From the NCBI GenBank assembly GCA_963675595.2, contig CAXXLZ010000002.1, forward strand, positions 2,560,001 to 2,624,000: DNA of 64,000 bases, read 5' to 3'. Source of the DNA: Thermodesulfobacteriota bacterium (GTDB taxonomy: Bacteria; Desulfobacterota; Desulfarculia; JACQYL01). Position 1 is the first letter of the stretch; the number at the start of each line of letters is the position of its first letter. The notes beneath the pieces were generated by a model that searched no databases, had not been told where the DNA came from, and saw nothing but the letters and a program-made list of their open reading frames with translations. Positions 29,241-38,673 of this stretch are shown here, piece after piece. The position numbers and the translations under genes were made by a program.

Positions 29241-30812
29241 ATGCAGGAACATCATAAGGTGGTCGGAACCCACCCCAAGACCGTTCATTGGCCGGGTCGG
29301 TTGCATAATCCACTGTCGATACAAGAGAACTCGGTCAAGCCTTTCCGGCTCGTCAAGTACATCTCCGTAGGCAGCTTCCTGGTCATCATGGCCGCTACTC
29401 TGCTGCTGTCCCTCTTCTTTTTCGAACGGGACCGGACTCTGCTCCTTAGGCGCAGCGAGGAGTTCGCCGTTCTTCTCGCTGAAAACCTGAACAATCAGGT
29501 TTTCCAGAAATTCGTAATGCCGACCGCATTGCTTTACGGAAAGATGTCGCTCAGAGACCCCAAGCAGTACAACCAATTGGATACCGTAGTCAGGACCACG
29601 ATTTTCGGTTTCAATGTCGAAGAAGTCGATATCTACAGCCTGGACGACCTGATGGTCTACTCCACCGAATACACCATCGAGGAAATGCTGGAGAAAAGCC
29701 GTTGGGAGACTCCGCTGGGACTGTCCGTCACCCCCACGGAAGAGCACAACAAGGCGTTGGCCGGCGCTCCCGCTTCGCGACTCATCTCGACCGGTTCCAT
29801 CGCCCGACTGTTTTACCCCGGCGACCACAAGTCCGTACGGGTGCTCAGCACTTATTCTCCCTTCCGAGTGGATCTCAATCCGGAAACCAAGACCGAAGAA
29901 GTCATCGGCGTACTTAAGATCTCGCAGGACATCACCCAAAGCTACAAGGCCATTATCAAGAATCAAGCCCTGAGCATAACCATTTTCGCAAGCGTGATGA
30001 CCTTTCTCTTTGTCAGCCTTCTAGTCATCGCCCGCAGAGCGGAGACAATCATCCATCGGCGCGCGGAGGAAAAAAAGCGACTCGAGGAAAAGTTGAATCA
30101 CGCGGAGCGACTCGCCGGTTTGGGTCAAATGGTAGCCGGTGTGAGCCACGAGATCCGCAGCCCTTTAGGAGTCATTCGAAGCACGGCCGAACTTCTTGTG
30201 CAACGTATTGAGAAGTACGAGCCGGGAAACCGCTTGGGACAGGTCATCATTGAAGAATCCAATCGTCTGGATCGAATCGTGACCGAGTTTCTGGACTTCG
30301 CCCGGCCCCAAGTACCGAATCCCGTTCCGTCCCGGCTGAACGAAATCATCCTTAGGAACCTGGAAGCGTTGACTCCGGAACTGGAACGGCTCCACATTGA
30401 AGTAGATCGAAGCGGTCTGTCCGCTTTGGATCCCGTCTACGTGGACGCGGATCTAATCTACCGAAGTCTGCTGAACGTGTTCAATAACGCCGTCCAGGCA
30501 ATGCCCGACGGGGGAACGCTCCGGGTGTCCTTGAGCAACGGCCTGCGGAACAACGCCCCGGTTCAGGTCATCCGGGTCGAGGACACGGGGGACGGAATTT
30601 CACCCGAAGTGCTGAACAGCATCTTCCAGCCTTTTTTCACCACACGAGAAACAGGCACCGGATTAGGACTCCCCATTGTGAAGAACATTCTGGAATCTCA
30701 TGGAGGGTGGATAGGAATCGAGAGTCCGGCGGAAAGTGATCTGAATCCAACGCATGACCGGGGCACCCGGGTTTCCCTATACCTGCGCGTGCGGCCGGAC
30801 CATCTCGTGTAA
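29241..30812 (+). CDS. Membrane-bound sensor histidine kinase
   Basis: Two TM segments flanking a periplasmic domain; SHEIRSPL, NNAVQAM, DTGDG, FTTRETGTGLGL. Confidence 0.9.
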   Translation: MQEHHKVVGTHPKTVHWPGRLHNPLSIQENSVKPFRLVKYISVGSFLVIMAATLLLSLFFFERDRTLLLRRSEEFAVLLAENLNNQVFQKFVMPTALLYGKMSLRDPKQYNQLDTVVRTTIFGFNVEEVDIYSLDDLMVYSTEYTIEEMLEKSRWETPLGLSVTPTEEHNKALAGAPASRLISTGSIARLFYPGDHKSVRVLSTYSPFRVDLNPETKTEEVIGVLKISQDITQSYKAIIKNQALSITIFASVMTFLFVSLLVIARRAETIIHRRAEEKKRLEEKLNHAERLAGLGQMVAGVSHEIRSPLGVIRSTAELLVQRIEKYEPGNRLGQVIIEESNRLDRIVTEFLDFARPQVPNPVPSRLNEIILRNLEALTPELERLHIEVDRSGLSALDPVYVDADLIYRSLLNVFNNAVQAMPDGGTLRVSLSNGLRNNAPVQVIRVEDTGDGISPEVLNSIFQPFFTTRETGTGLGLPIVKNILESHGGWIGIESPAESDLNPTHDRGTRVSLYLRVRPDHLV

Positions 30813-30824
30813 GTCGAGGCTCCG

Positions 30825-32192
30825 ATGGAAATCATTCTCATTGTTGATGACGAAAAGAATTATTTGATCGTTCTCGAGACGCTCCTGGGCGAGGCGGGCT
30901 ACGAGGTTTTGTCGTCGGACACCGTGGTGCAGGCCATGCGCCTTTTACGGAACAACGATGTGGACTTGATCATCACGGATATGAAGATGCCCAAAATCAG
31001 CGGCATGGAACTCCTGGAAATGGTCAAGAACAAGGACTCCGACCTGCCGGTGATCATGATGACGGCCTACGGCACGGTGGAAAAAGCCGTGGAGGCCATG
31101 AAGAAAGGCGCCTTCGACTATATCACCAAGCCGTTCCAGAACCAGGAGCTGAAACTCACCGTGGCCAAAGCGCTGGAAATGCGCAGGCTGGTCAAACAGA
31201 ACCGATTGCTGCGTGAAGAGCTCAGCAACCGTTACCATTTCGATAACATTGTCGGCAAGTCCAAGGCCATGCACCGGGTCTACGAGGTTATCAAAAAGGT
31301 GGCGGACACCAAGGCCACAGTACTGATTACCGGGGAAAGCGGCACCGGAAAGGAACTGATTGCCCGGTCCATCCATTTCAACAGCGTGCGGAAGGAGGCG
31401 CCCTTCGTCTCGGTCAACTGCACGGCTCTAACGGAGACCCTGTTGGAAAGCGAACTTTTCGGTCACGAAAAGGGGTCCTTTACGGGCGCTGTATCCATGC
31501 GCAAGGGTCGCTTCGAAATGGCGGACAAAGGTACGCTTTTCTTGGACGAAGTCGGTGAAATGTCTCCCAATCTTCAGGTGAAGCTTCTGCGCGTGCTCCA
31601 GGAAAGAGAATTTGAACGCGTCGGTGGAAACAAATCCATTGCGGTGGATACGAGAATCATAGCGGCGACCAACAAGGACCTTTGGGCGGAGGTGCAGGAG
31701 GGGAGGTTCCGGGAAGACCTGTTTTTCCGCCTCAACGTGGTCCATATTCTGGTTCCGCCGCTCCGGGAACGAGCCGACGACATACCGTTGCTCGTCTCCC
31801 ACTTCCTTCGCAAGTATGCCGAGGAAAACGATCGCAAGGCGATGGAATTTGCACCGGAAGCCTGGCGGGCTCTGCTGACCTACAAATGGCCGGGCAACGT
31901 CAGGGAATTGGAGAACGCCGTGGAGCGGGCGGTCATTCTGAACAACGGAGGAATGATCACGCCTGATGACCTCCCGGGCGAGCTCCATGTTCAGGAACCT
32001 GAAGAGTTCGATGTGGACCGTTTTCTGCCTCCCGGGAAGAAACTTCCCGAAGCCCTTGCGGAGATCGAGGAGAAGATGTTGCGCCGCGCGTTGCTCCAGT
32101 GCGGAAATGTACAAACCCGTGCCGCGGAGTTGCTGGGTATCGAGAAGAATCTACTGCGCTACAAAATGAAAAAATACAACATCGTGATTTGA
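30825..32192 (+). CDS. NtrC/AtoC-family sigma54-dependent response regulator
   Basis: REC; GESGTGKE; [15 protein letters not shown]; LFLDEVG; [10 protein letters not shown]; HTH. Confidence 0.93.
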   Translation: MEIILIVDDEKNYLIVLETLLGEAGYEVLSSDTVVQAMRLLRNNDVDLIITDMKMPKISGMELLEMVKNKDSDLPVIMMTAYGTVEKAVEAMKKGAFDYITKPFQNQELKLTVAKALEMRRLVKQNRLLREELSNRYHFDNIVGKSKAMHRVYEVIKKVADTKATVLITGESGTGKELIARSIHFNSVRKEAPFVSVNCTALTETLLESELFGHEKGSFTGAVSMRKGRFEMADKGTLFLDEVGEMSPNLQVKLLRVLQEREFERVGGNKSIAVDTRIIAATNKDLWAEVQEGRFREDLFFRLNVVHILVPPLRERADDIPLLVSHFLRKYAEENDRKAMEFAPEAWRALLTYKWPGNVRELENAVERAVILNNGGMITPDDLPGELHVQEPEEFDVDRFLPPGKKLPEALAEIEEKMLRRALLQCGNVQTRAAELLGIEKNLLRYKMKKYNIVI

Positions 32193-32335
32193 ACCGGAGC
32201 TGATCGCTCCGGGAAAGACGGCTGATACGAAAATTCTTTTACTCGTAATTGATCAAAGATTGCGGTTGGTTGCAGCAAGCCTGCACTGAAAAACGACTGT
32301 TTTGTAAAATCTTTTTTACTTAATAGGGGACTTTG

Positions 32336-32361
32336 TAAGGCGGCGGCGGAAAGGACGATAA
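32336..32361 (+). promoter_or_regulatory. Candidate sigma28-like promoter facing the flagellin 3' end
   Basis: TAAG-N14-GACGATAA, with the same GACGATA -10 variant as the two promoters upstream of the flagellin. Confidence 0.35.
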
Positions 32362-32428
32362 AAAGGCGGGAAAATCCGCAAGGTTATTCCGGCTGGAAAG
32401 AGGCTCCATAGCCGGCCCGAATATTGCA

Positions 32429-32473
32429 TCACGAATAGGCGTAACCTCCCAAAACGGTAGGCGACTTTTTCAT
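32429..32473 (-). CDS. Candidate 14-aa small ORF (MKKSPTVLGGYAYS)
   Basis: GAAAGGAG RBS 9 nt before ATG 32473; TGA at 32429-32431. Confidence 0.25.
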   Translation of the reverse strand: MKKSPTVLGGYAYS

Positions 32474-32495
32474 AACTCTTTTCTCCTTTCTTGTT

Positions 32496-32540
32496 GGATC
32501 CAACCGGGCCGAAGCGGTTCGGTTGGGTCTTTCTTTTTCT
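32496..32540 (+). terminator. Intrinsic terminator (+ strand)
   Basis: GGATCCAACCGGGCCG-AAG-CGGTTCGGTTGGGTCT stem with G-U pairs, followed by TTCTTTTTCT. Confidence 0.7.
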
Positions 32541-32570
32541 TGCGGTCGAAACCGCTCTCCTCTTCCCCCC

Positions 32571-32620
32571 AAAAATAAAGAACCCTCCCGGAGGCCGGTT
32601 CTCGGCCGCCGGGAGGGGTT
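32571..32620 (-). terminator. Intrinsic terminator of the flagellin gene
   Basis: Minus strand AACCCCTCCCGGCGGCCG-AGAAC-CGGCCTCCGGGAGGGTT followed by CTTTATTTTT, 14 nt after the stop. Confidence 0.75.
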
Positions 32621-32634
32621 GAAGGGACCGTACT

Positions 32635-35505
32635 TTATCCGAGGAGGGACAGAATAGTCTGAGGCATGGCGTTCGCCTGGGCCAGCATGGCGGTGCCCAC
32701 TTGCTGGAGAATCTGATATCGCGTCATTTCGGAAATGGCCGACGCCATATCCAGGTCGCGGATCGTAGATTCCGCCGCGAGCTGATTCTCCTCCTGGATC
32801 GACAGGCTGGTCAGCGTGTGATCCAAGCGGTTAATGTATGCTCCGAGTCTGGCTCGTTCCGAAGAGACCAGCTGGATGGCCGCATCAATTCGTTCCATGG
32901 CCTGGTAGGCGGAAGCTTGATTCACCACCAGGACTCCGTTCACTCCCAGGGCCATGGTATCCATTTGGGCGATATAGGCGTCCATGGTCTGGCCCTGGTT
33001 GGCGCCGATCTGGAAATCCGTGGTGGTGCTCACCACATGCAGGTATTCCGTCACTTCGCCGGGCGCGCTGTAGAAGTCGATCTCCTTGGTCGCCGAATTC
33101 CAGGAGAAATCGATGTCCACATTGGAATCCACGATAAGGTCCACGCCCTGAATGACGCCGTGCAGGATGTTGTCGCTTACGGTGTCCACGCCGATGAGCT
33201 CTCCGGTGTGGGCATTGAAGACCTGAACCGTCAACGGATCCACCGAGTCGTTCGGGTCTTGTATGGTGGCGAGACTCAAGGCGGTCAGCACATCCTCTTC
33301 GGCGCTGAAGTACAGGTAGCCGCCGGCGCCCATCTTGGGGGAACGGATGACGATGGTTCCCGGGACCGCTTCCTGAGTATCTTCGGTGGGGTTGACCACC
33401 AAGTCGGTCACGTGATTGATCCCGTTGGAGTCTTTGGCCTCTCCGAGATTCAGGCCCGCCCAGCCCTGCGCGGTTTTCTCGAGGCTGATGATCTGCTCGA
33501 TCTTGTCCGCCAGTTCCTGAAGCGTATCTCCACCGTCGATATAGAAGGAAGCCTGATCTCCGTTCGCCGTGTAGATGTCGATCCATTTGCCGTTTTCACC
33601 CAACACGAAGTTCCCGTCGGAGTCATAGAACCGATCGATTTTGGAGAGCAGCGTGTCCGGACCCGCCGCGTCTCCCGAGCCCAGGACCGAGACGTTGGTG
33701 CTCTGGCTCTGGAAGACGGAACCGATAGTCACATCCATGGAGCCGAACTCGATTCGTCCTTCCGAGTCCATGGAGGCATAGGTCAGCGTGGTCGTCTCGC
33801 CTTCCGGAATTGCCCCCAAGTCTTCCCACAACCCGTGGTTGAAGGTCGGGTAATCCGCTCCTGCATATCCTTCCCGGCTATCCCAGTCGCCGTCGGAATT
33901 CTGCACGCGACTCCATTCACTGGCGGGACCGGTCAGACGCACCATATTGCCGGTGGCCGCTGGAATCTGATCCTGAAGTCCGAGCAGGAACTTGTCTCCC
34001 ACCTTGAACGTGCCGTTGAAATTCAGGCCGAATCGGTTCGCCGTGGAGCCCTGATCCATCAAGATGGTGCTTCCTTCGGCATAGTCCACGTAGGTGGTCC
34101 AGGTGGCGCCTTCGTCCCAGGAAACTCTGAAGTCCACAGAGCCGCTGGCACCCTCACCCGTGACTTCAATGATCACGTAGCGGTTTTCCGTCACGGCCAC
34201 GCTGCTGCCGGCTATGTCGATAGCGGTGATTTCGGCCGTTGATTCGTTGTTCCGGTAAGCGCCCAGCAGGAAGCCCATGTCCGATGTGGTCAAAGCCGCC
34301 AGACCGCTGCCGATGTCCGAATTGGCCACGGTGACGATGTCGTAGTCACCCGCCGCCAGACTGGAGGCATTGGATACGGACTCAAGCAACAGATTATCCG
34401 CCGGATTGGAATTGTCCGTTCCGAAGGTGCCTGCCACACCGGAGTTCACGCTGCCCGCGGCAACGGTAAGCAGATCGAAATCGCTGAATTTCACCGCATT
34501 GTTGAAAATGCTGGAAGAGGATGAGCTGAGTTCCCCGCCGGCCCAGTTGTGAATCTCATTCTGCCATTCGGCCGTTCCCGAACCCACTCCGCCCCCGACG
34601 GACGTAACCAGGTTCAAAGTGTAGTTGTCGCTGCCGTCCGTGGTATCCTTCGAGCGGATGATGATATCCCCCGACGAGAGGAGCTCCGCCTCCACATAAA
34701 GACTGATGGTGGCATGCTCGTTGATGCTCCGGACCAGTACTTCGGCATCGGTGAATCCATTGACGCTGCTTCCGGGAACACCCGAAAGGGAGGTGACTGC
34801 AATATCGTAATTATTGGACGGGTTTCCGTCGAAATTGAACCGGAAGGTCAACGTTCCCCTGGCGGTCACTTCGCCGTCGGTACCCAGGTTGAAGCGGAAC
34901 TGATTCGGGCTGCCGTCTTCCCTCTGTGAAATGGCCCCTTCCTTGATCTTGAAGATGTCCGTCTTGAGGACATGATTGGGAAGAGGTTCGGCGCTCTTGA
35001 CCAGTTTATAGTTGCCCTCGCTGACCTGTCCCCGAATGACGGCGGTAATGTCGTTGCCGTCCGTGCTCCAGAGGGCCGAGGCGGAACCGTCCAACAACTT
35101 CTTTGTATTGAATTCCGTCGAATAAGCGATACGGTCGATTTCCTCTTTGAGCTGATCGACCTCCGCTTGAAGTTCCTGTCGATCGTTGCTCGTGAGGACG
35201 CCGTTGGCCGCCTGCACGGCCAGTTCCCGCATCCTTTGTAGAATCGAGTGAGTTTCGCCGAGTGAGCCTTCCGCCACCTGAAGCATGGACTGAGCATCCA
35301 TGGCGTTCCGGCTGGCTGTGGCAAGACCGCGAATCTGCGTTCTTAATCTCTCGGAGATGGCGAGACCGGAAGGATCGTCGGCTGCTGAGTTGATTCTGAG
35401 CCCAGTGGAGAGGTGGGCCAAGGCGTTCTGCAGATGTTTGGTGCTACCGACCAAAGCCTGCTGGGCCGTGAAGGCGGCCAAATTGTTAACAACTGAAAGT
35501 CCCAT
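32635..35505 (-). CDS. fliC: Giant flagellin (956 aa)
   Basis: N-terminal [21 protein letters not shown]...[13 protein letters not shown]...[11 protein letters not shown]; C-terminal FQIGANQGQ...[11 protein letters not shown]...IRDLDMA...AMLAQAN; AAGGAGG RBS before ATG 35505. Confidence 0.95.
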   Translation of the reverse strand: MGLSVVNNLAAFTAQQALVGSTKHLQNALAHLSTGLRINSAADDPSGLAISERLRTQIRGLATASRNAMDAQSMLQVAEGSLGETHSILQRMRELAVQAANGVLTSNDRQELQAEVDQLKEEIDRIAYSTEFNTKKLLDGSASALWSTDGNDITAVIRGQVSEGNYKLVKSAEPLPNHVLKTDIFKIKEGAISQREDGSPNQFRFNLGTDGEVTARGTLTFRFNFDGNPSNNYDIAVTSLSGVPGSSVNGFTDAEVLVRSINEHATISLYVEAELLSSGDIIIRSKDTTDGSDNYTLNLVTSVGGGVGSGTAEWQNEIHNWAGGELSSSSSSIFNNAVKFSDFDLLTVAAGSVNSGVAGTFGTDNSNPADNLLLESVSNASSLAAGDYDIVTVANSDIGSGLAALTTSDMGFLLGAYRNNESTAEITAIDIAGSSVAVTENRYVIIEVTGEGASGSVDFRVSWDEGATWTTYVDYAEGSTILMDQGSTANRFGLNFNGTFKVGDKFLLGLQDQIPAATGNMVRLTGPASEWSRVQNSDGDWDSREGYAGADYPTFNHGLWEDLGAIPEGETTTLTYASMDSEGRIEFGSMDVTIGSVFQSQSTNVSVLGSGDAAGPDTLLSKIDRFYDSDGNFVLGENGKWIDIYTANGDQASFYIDGGDTLQELADKIEQIISLEKTAQGWAGLNLGEAKDSNGINHVTDLVVNPTEDTQEAVPGTIVIRSPKMGAGGYLYFSAEEDVLTALSLATIQDPNDSVDPLTVQVFNAHTGELIGVDTVSDNILHGVIQGVDLIVDSNVDIDFSWNSATKEIDFYSAPGEVTEYLHVVSTTTDFQIGANQGQTMDAYIAQMDTMALGVNGVLVVNQASAYQAMERIDAAIQLVSSERARLGAYINRLDHTLTSLSIQEENQLAAESTIRDLDMASAISEMTRYQILQQVGTAMLAQANAMPQTILSLLG

Positions 35506-35532
35506 GGTTAATCCTCCTTGATAAAGTACACG

Positions 35533-35595
35533 GGGGAGTCCCTTCCCCAGCGCCGACGAACGGCTGCCCGACCGACGGATAGGCGTCCCTTTGCC
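35533..35595 (-). promoter_or_regulatory. Two GGA-loop hairpins (CsrA/RsmA-type sites) in the flagellin leader
   Basis: GGC-AAAGGGAC-GCC (35582-35595) and GGGGA-AGGGAC-TCCCC (35533-35548) upstream of the SD. Confidence 0.55.
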
Positions 35596-35766
35596 CACCC
35601 GTCTTTAGTCAGGCGGCGGCATCGGCAGCAACAGGCCGCATCTTCGCTCCGAAATCCGAAACCGTCCGCCTGGTTTTACTTCACTATTCATTCTGTTCCC
35701 TCGTTGGCACCGTCCGGCTGTTTTGATTCCATTTCATTTCAGTAAGAACGGTGCTGTTTGCTTTTT

Positions 35767-35793
35767 GTATCGTCAAAGTGATGTAAAACTTTA
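35767..35793 (-). promoter_or_regulatory. sigma28 (FliA) promoter P1 of the flagellin
   Basis: TAAAGTTT-N11-GACGATAC versus consensus TAAAGTTT-N11-GCCGATAA. Confidence 0.7.
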
Positions 35794-36005
35794 CTTACGT
35801 GTCTAAATTTTTTCCTTTCTCACAAAAATCGGCTGTGCAACCGCCATCTCATTTCCATCTTCGGCCCTCCCGGTTCCATCCGGAAGCACCGGAAGACGTT
35901 GCGCCAAGGCTCGCTCCAACAGGGAGAATTATCAATCACGCCATTTAAAAGCAGCCTCGGACGCTTTACTTGAAGCCACTAAAACAAACGTCCCGGTTAC
36001 CTTTC

Positions 36006-36034
36006 TTATCGTCTTACCGGCTGTATCACTTTAG
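36006..36034 (-). promoter_or_regulatory. Second sigma28-like promoter P2
   Basis: CTAAA-N16-GACGATAA in the AT-rich region upstream of the flagellin. Confidence 0.5.
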
Positions 36035-36408
36035 CTTTCGTAATAAAAAGGAACCTTTTTTGCGCGAATACGCTTGTCGGAATCGACTGTCCCAAGTCTA
36101 TCTAATTGTTATTCCATTCTATTTTTGGTATCTCGGGAATTCTACGGGGCCATTCGGGAGAAGCAGAGGAAGAATAATCGGCCACAGAAGCGCCGATAAG
36201 AGGCTTAAGATAAGACTAAATCGCCTATTTCTTGTACCAATATGGCGAAACTACTTCTTCTTTGTTTCGACCAAACCGGTGCGATCATACCAATTTTACC
36301 TGCTGTTACAGTAAGTTAAACAACAGCAATGGGCTTGGATTACGGCGAACAAAATGGCGGGAAAACTTGAATTTTGATTCGGTACCGGCGAGTCGACTTT
36401 TCAACTTC

Positions 36409-36870
36409 TCAATTCAGCAAAACTCGCTCATCGCCGTCCGTGGAACGAAACACCCCCGACCCTTTGGACAGACGGGCCTGGAGCAGGGCGGAGTGGTCCG
36501 CGTTACGGACCGTCAGCAGGAACATGTCCCGGTATCTCAGCAAGGGCTTTTCAAAGTAGCCGAAAATATTCGGGTCGTTCAGTTCATTGAAGGTGCCGGA
36601 CTCCTCCATCTCATATAGCAGGATCACGCGAAAAAAGGGATTGGCCGCACGTAACTCTCGAAGAACGGATTCCGAATAGCGACGATAGGTGCCGTGCGAC
36701 AAAACGACCACACGAAATCCCGAGATGTTTACCCACTCTCCACGATTTTGCGGATCGGCCCGTTGCACCCGAAACCCTTTACGAAGCAGGTAGAAGGTCA
36801 GAAGCTCGCTGAACTCCTCCTCGCGCTCCAGAAGCAACACCCCTCCGGGGCTGGTTTCCGTCGCCGTCAT
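36409..36870 (-). CDS. Degenerate (pseudo-)receiver domain protein
   Basis: CheY-like pattern VLLLERE...VVVLSH (no phospho-Asp)...VILLY...YFEKPL; GGAGG RBS before ATG 36870. Confidence 0.65.
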   Translation of the reverse strand: MTATETSPGGVLLLEREEEFSELLTFYLLRKGFRVQRADPQNRGEWVNISGFRVVVLSHGTYRRYSESVLRELRAANPFFRVILLYEMEESGTFNELNDPNIFGYFEKPLLRYRDMFLLTVRNADHSALLQARLSKGSGVFRSTDGDERVLLN

Positions 36871-37101
36871 TACATTCCTCCCGCAAGTCATGGGCAAAAT
36901 GGTGACCGTTCATTGAACCGAATAACCGCCGTGGCGAACAGGCCCGTAGACCGCTCCACCCGGAAGATGTAACTCTCGCTTCCGCCTCCATTCCGAAACG
37001 CGCCTACGGACCGGGACCGCCGTCGAGAGATCGCGATCACAAGAAGATTGCCGACCCCCTGACCATATTCCGCGCAATCGGTGCGTTTCAACCAACATAA
37101 T

Positions 37102-37118
37102 AGCAAATAGCGAGCCGG
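37102..37118 (-). promoter_or_regulatory. Candidate sigma54 promoter upstream of the pseudo-receiver gene
   Basis: Minus strand CCGGCTCGCTATTTGCT has GG-N10-GC spacing with TTGC at -12. Confidence 0.4.
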
Positions 37119-37295
37119 CAAGCCATAAAATAGGCATTGATACTTCAAAATCCTGAACCATGCTACTTTTCAAGAGATTTTCTTCGGTCTACAGGGAGAG
37201 GGCCCCGCATATCCGCGGCACAAGCGAATAACTGCTCAAAGATTGGGCAACTAGTGGGGATTTGGCCAACATTTATTGATCGGAAACTGCGCAGA

Positions 37296-38669
37296 TCAAT
37301 CTTCTTCCGAGAGCCCGTAGAGCTTGATCTTCGCAATCAGGGTGTTCCGGCTCACTCCGAGAAGCTTTGCGGCCTTGCTCTGATTATACCCGGTCTTCAC
37401 AAGAGCCAGATGGATCACATGGCGTTCCATTTCTTTTAGATTCAAAGACCCGAGCCGGGGCTCCTTTTCCGTCTCCGTCGGCAGGTGACGCGATACATCC
37501 TCACTCCGAATCATTTCGTGTCTGCATGACACGCTCGCCCGAACCACCACGTTGCGCAGTTCCCGCACATTGCCCGGCCAGTCATGGGAACACAGCTGGT
37601 CCAGGGCGTGACTCGTCAGGCCTTTGATCTTGAGTCCCGATTCTTCGTTGAACACCTCCACAAAACGTCGAGCCAGCACGACAATATCTTCTTTTCGTTC
37701 TCTCAGGGGTTGAAGCTGAATTCGATACATATTGATTCGATAGTAGAGATCCTGCCGAAAGGAACCTTTTTCAATGGCCTTTTCGAGATCCTGATTTGTC
37801 GCGGTGATCAAACGAAAGTCGCTGTAGTGTCGTCGGCTGCTGCCCACAGGGTGAAAGGTCTTCTCTTCGAGGACCCGCAGAAGCTTGGTTTGAAGCGACG
37901 ACGAGGCGTCACCCATTTCATCCAGAAACAAGGTCCCGCCGTGAGCCATTTCGAAGAATCCCACCCCCTTCTCCACAGCACCGGTATACGCTCCCCGAGT
38001 ATGCCCGAAAAGCGTGCTTTCCAGAAGATTCTCCGGCAATTCGGTGCAGTTCACCGCCAGGAATCCCCGGCTCGATCGAGCGCTTAAATCATGAACCGCC
38101 CGAGCCACGAGGCCCTTCCCCGTGCCGGTTTCACCCGTAATCAACAGAGGGATGTCGAAGGGAGCCACTTCCATGACCACGTTACGCACGTTGCGGATGT
38201 TGTCGGAGACTCCCAGGATTCTTTGGTGGATTTTCGGGACGTGCGTGCTTTCCTGACGAAGACGGCTCAGCTCTCTCTCCTGTCTCGCCTTGAGAACCGC
38301 CTCTTTCAAAGTCCTCCAGAAAAGCTCCTGGTCCCGCTTGATGGGCTTTTCAAAAAAATGATAAGCACCCTCCTTCACCACCTCCACGGCCAGTTCGGAA
38401 CTCCCGTACTGGGTGATCAGTATTACCGGAATTTGAGGATCGCGGTCCCGAATTACGCGGAAAAAGTCGAGTCCGTCCAGGTCCGGCATGGAGACGTCGG
38501 TAACCACCACGTCCCATTCCCCGACGGAAAGCTGATTGATGGCCGCCAAAGGAGAGGAACAGGTGATGAAGTTCAGCCCGTTCCCCTTTCCCATTCGCTT
38601 CATCAGCTCCAAGAACTCGGGATTGTCATCCACCAGTAGTATGGCGGCGTCGGAGAAATCATAGTTCAT
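37296..38669 (-). CDS. NtrC-family sigma54-dependent response regulator
   Basis: LLVDD/VTDVSMP receiver; GETGTGKG; LFGHTRGAYTGA; LFLDEMG; [10 protein letters not shown]; HTH. Confidence 0.92.
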   Translation of the reverse strand: MNYDFSDAAILLVDDNPEFLELMKRMGKGNGLNFITCSSPLAAINQLSVGEWDVVVTDVSMPDLDGLDFFRVIRDRDPQIPVILITQYGSSELAVEVVKEGAYHFFEKPIKRDQELFWRTLKEAVLKARQERELSRLRQESTHVPKIHQRILGVSDNIRNVRNVVMEVAPFDIPLLITGETGTGKGLVARAVHDLSARSSRGFLAVNCTELPENLLESTLFGHTRGAYTGAVEKGVGFFEMAHGGTLFLDEMGDASSSLQTKLLRVLEEKTFHPVGSSRRHYSDFRLITATNQDLEKAIEKGSFRQDLYYRINMYRIQLQPLRERKEDIVVLARRFVEVFNEESGLKIKGLTSHALDQLCSHDWPGNVRELRNVVVRASVSCRHEMIRSEDVSRHLPTETEKEPRLGSLNLKEMERHVIHLALVKTGYNQSKAAKLLGVSRNTLIAKIKLYGLSEED

Positions 38670-38673
38670 CTTC

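Larger units (their letters stand above)
32368..32540 (+). ncRNA. Candidate ~170-nt sRNA with a CU-rich anti-SD tract
   Basis: Bounded by a sigma28-like promoter and an intrinsic terminator; contains CATAACTCTTTTCTCCTTTCTT just before the terminator stem; no long ORF called on this strand. Confidence 0.3.

Noticed and set aside
32635-35505. Proteolytic flagellin (flagellinolysin)
   Set aside because: No HExxH motif found in the hypervariable region
36173-36199. Canonical GCCGATAA on the + strand as a sigma28 promoter
   Set aside because: No TAAA at the correct spacing and no credible downstream gene
35970-36314. 114-aa ORF in the AT-rich region upstream of the flagellin
   Set aside because: Non-coding-like composition, TTG start without RBS, overlaps a promoter element
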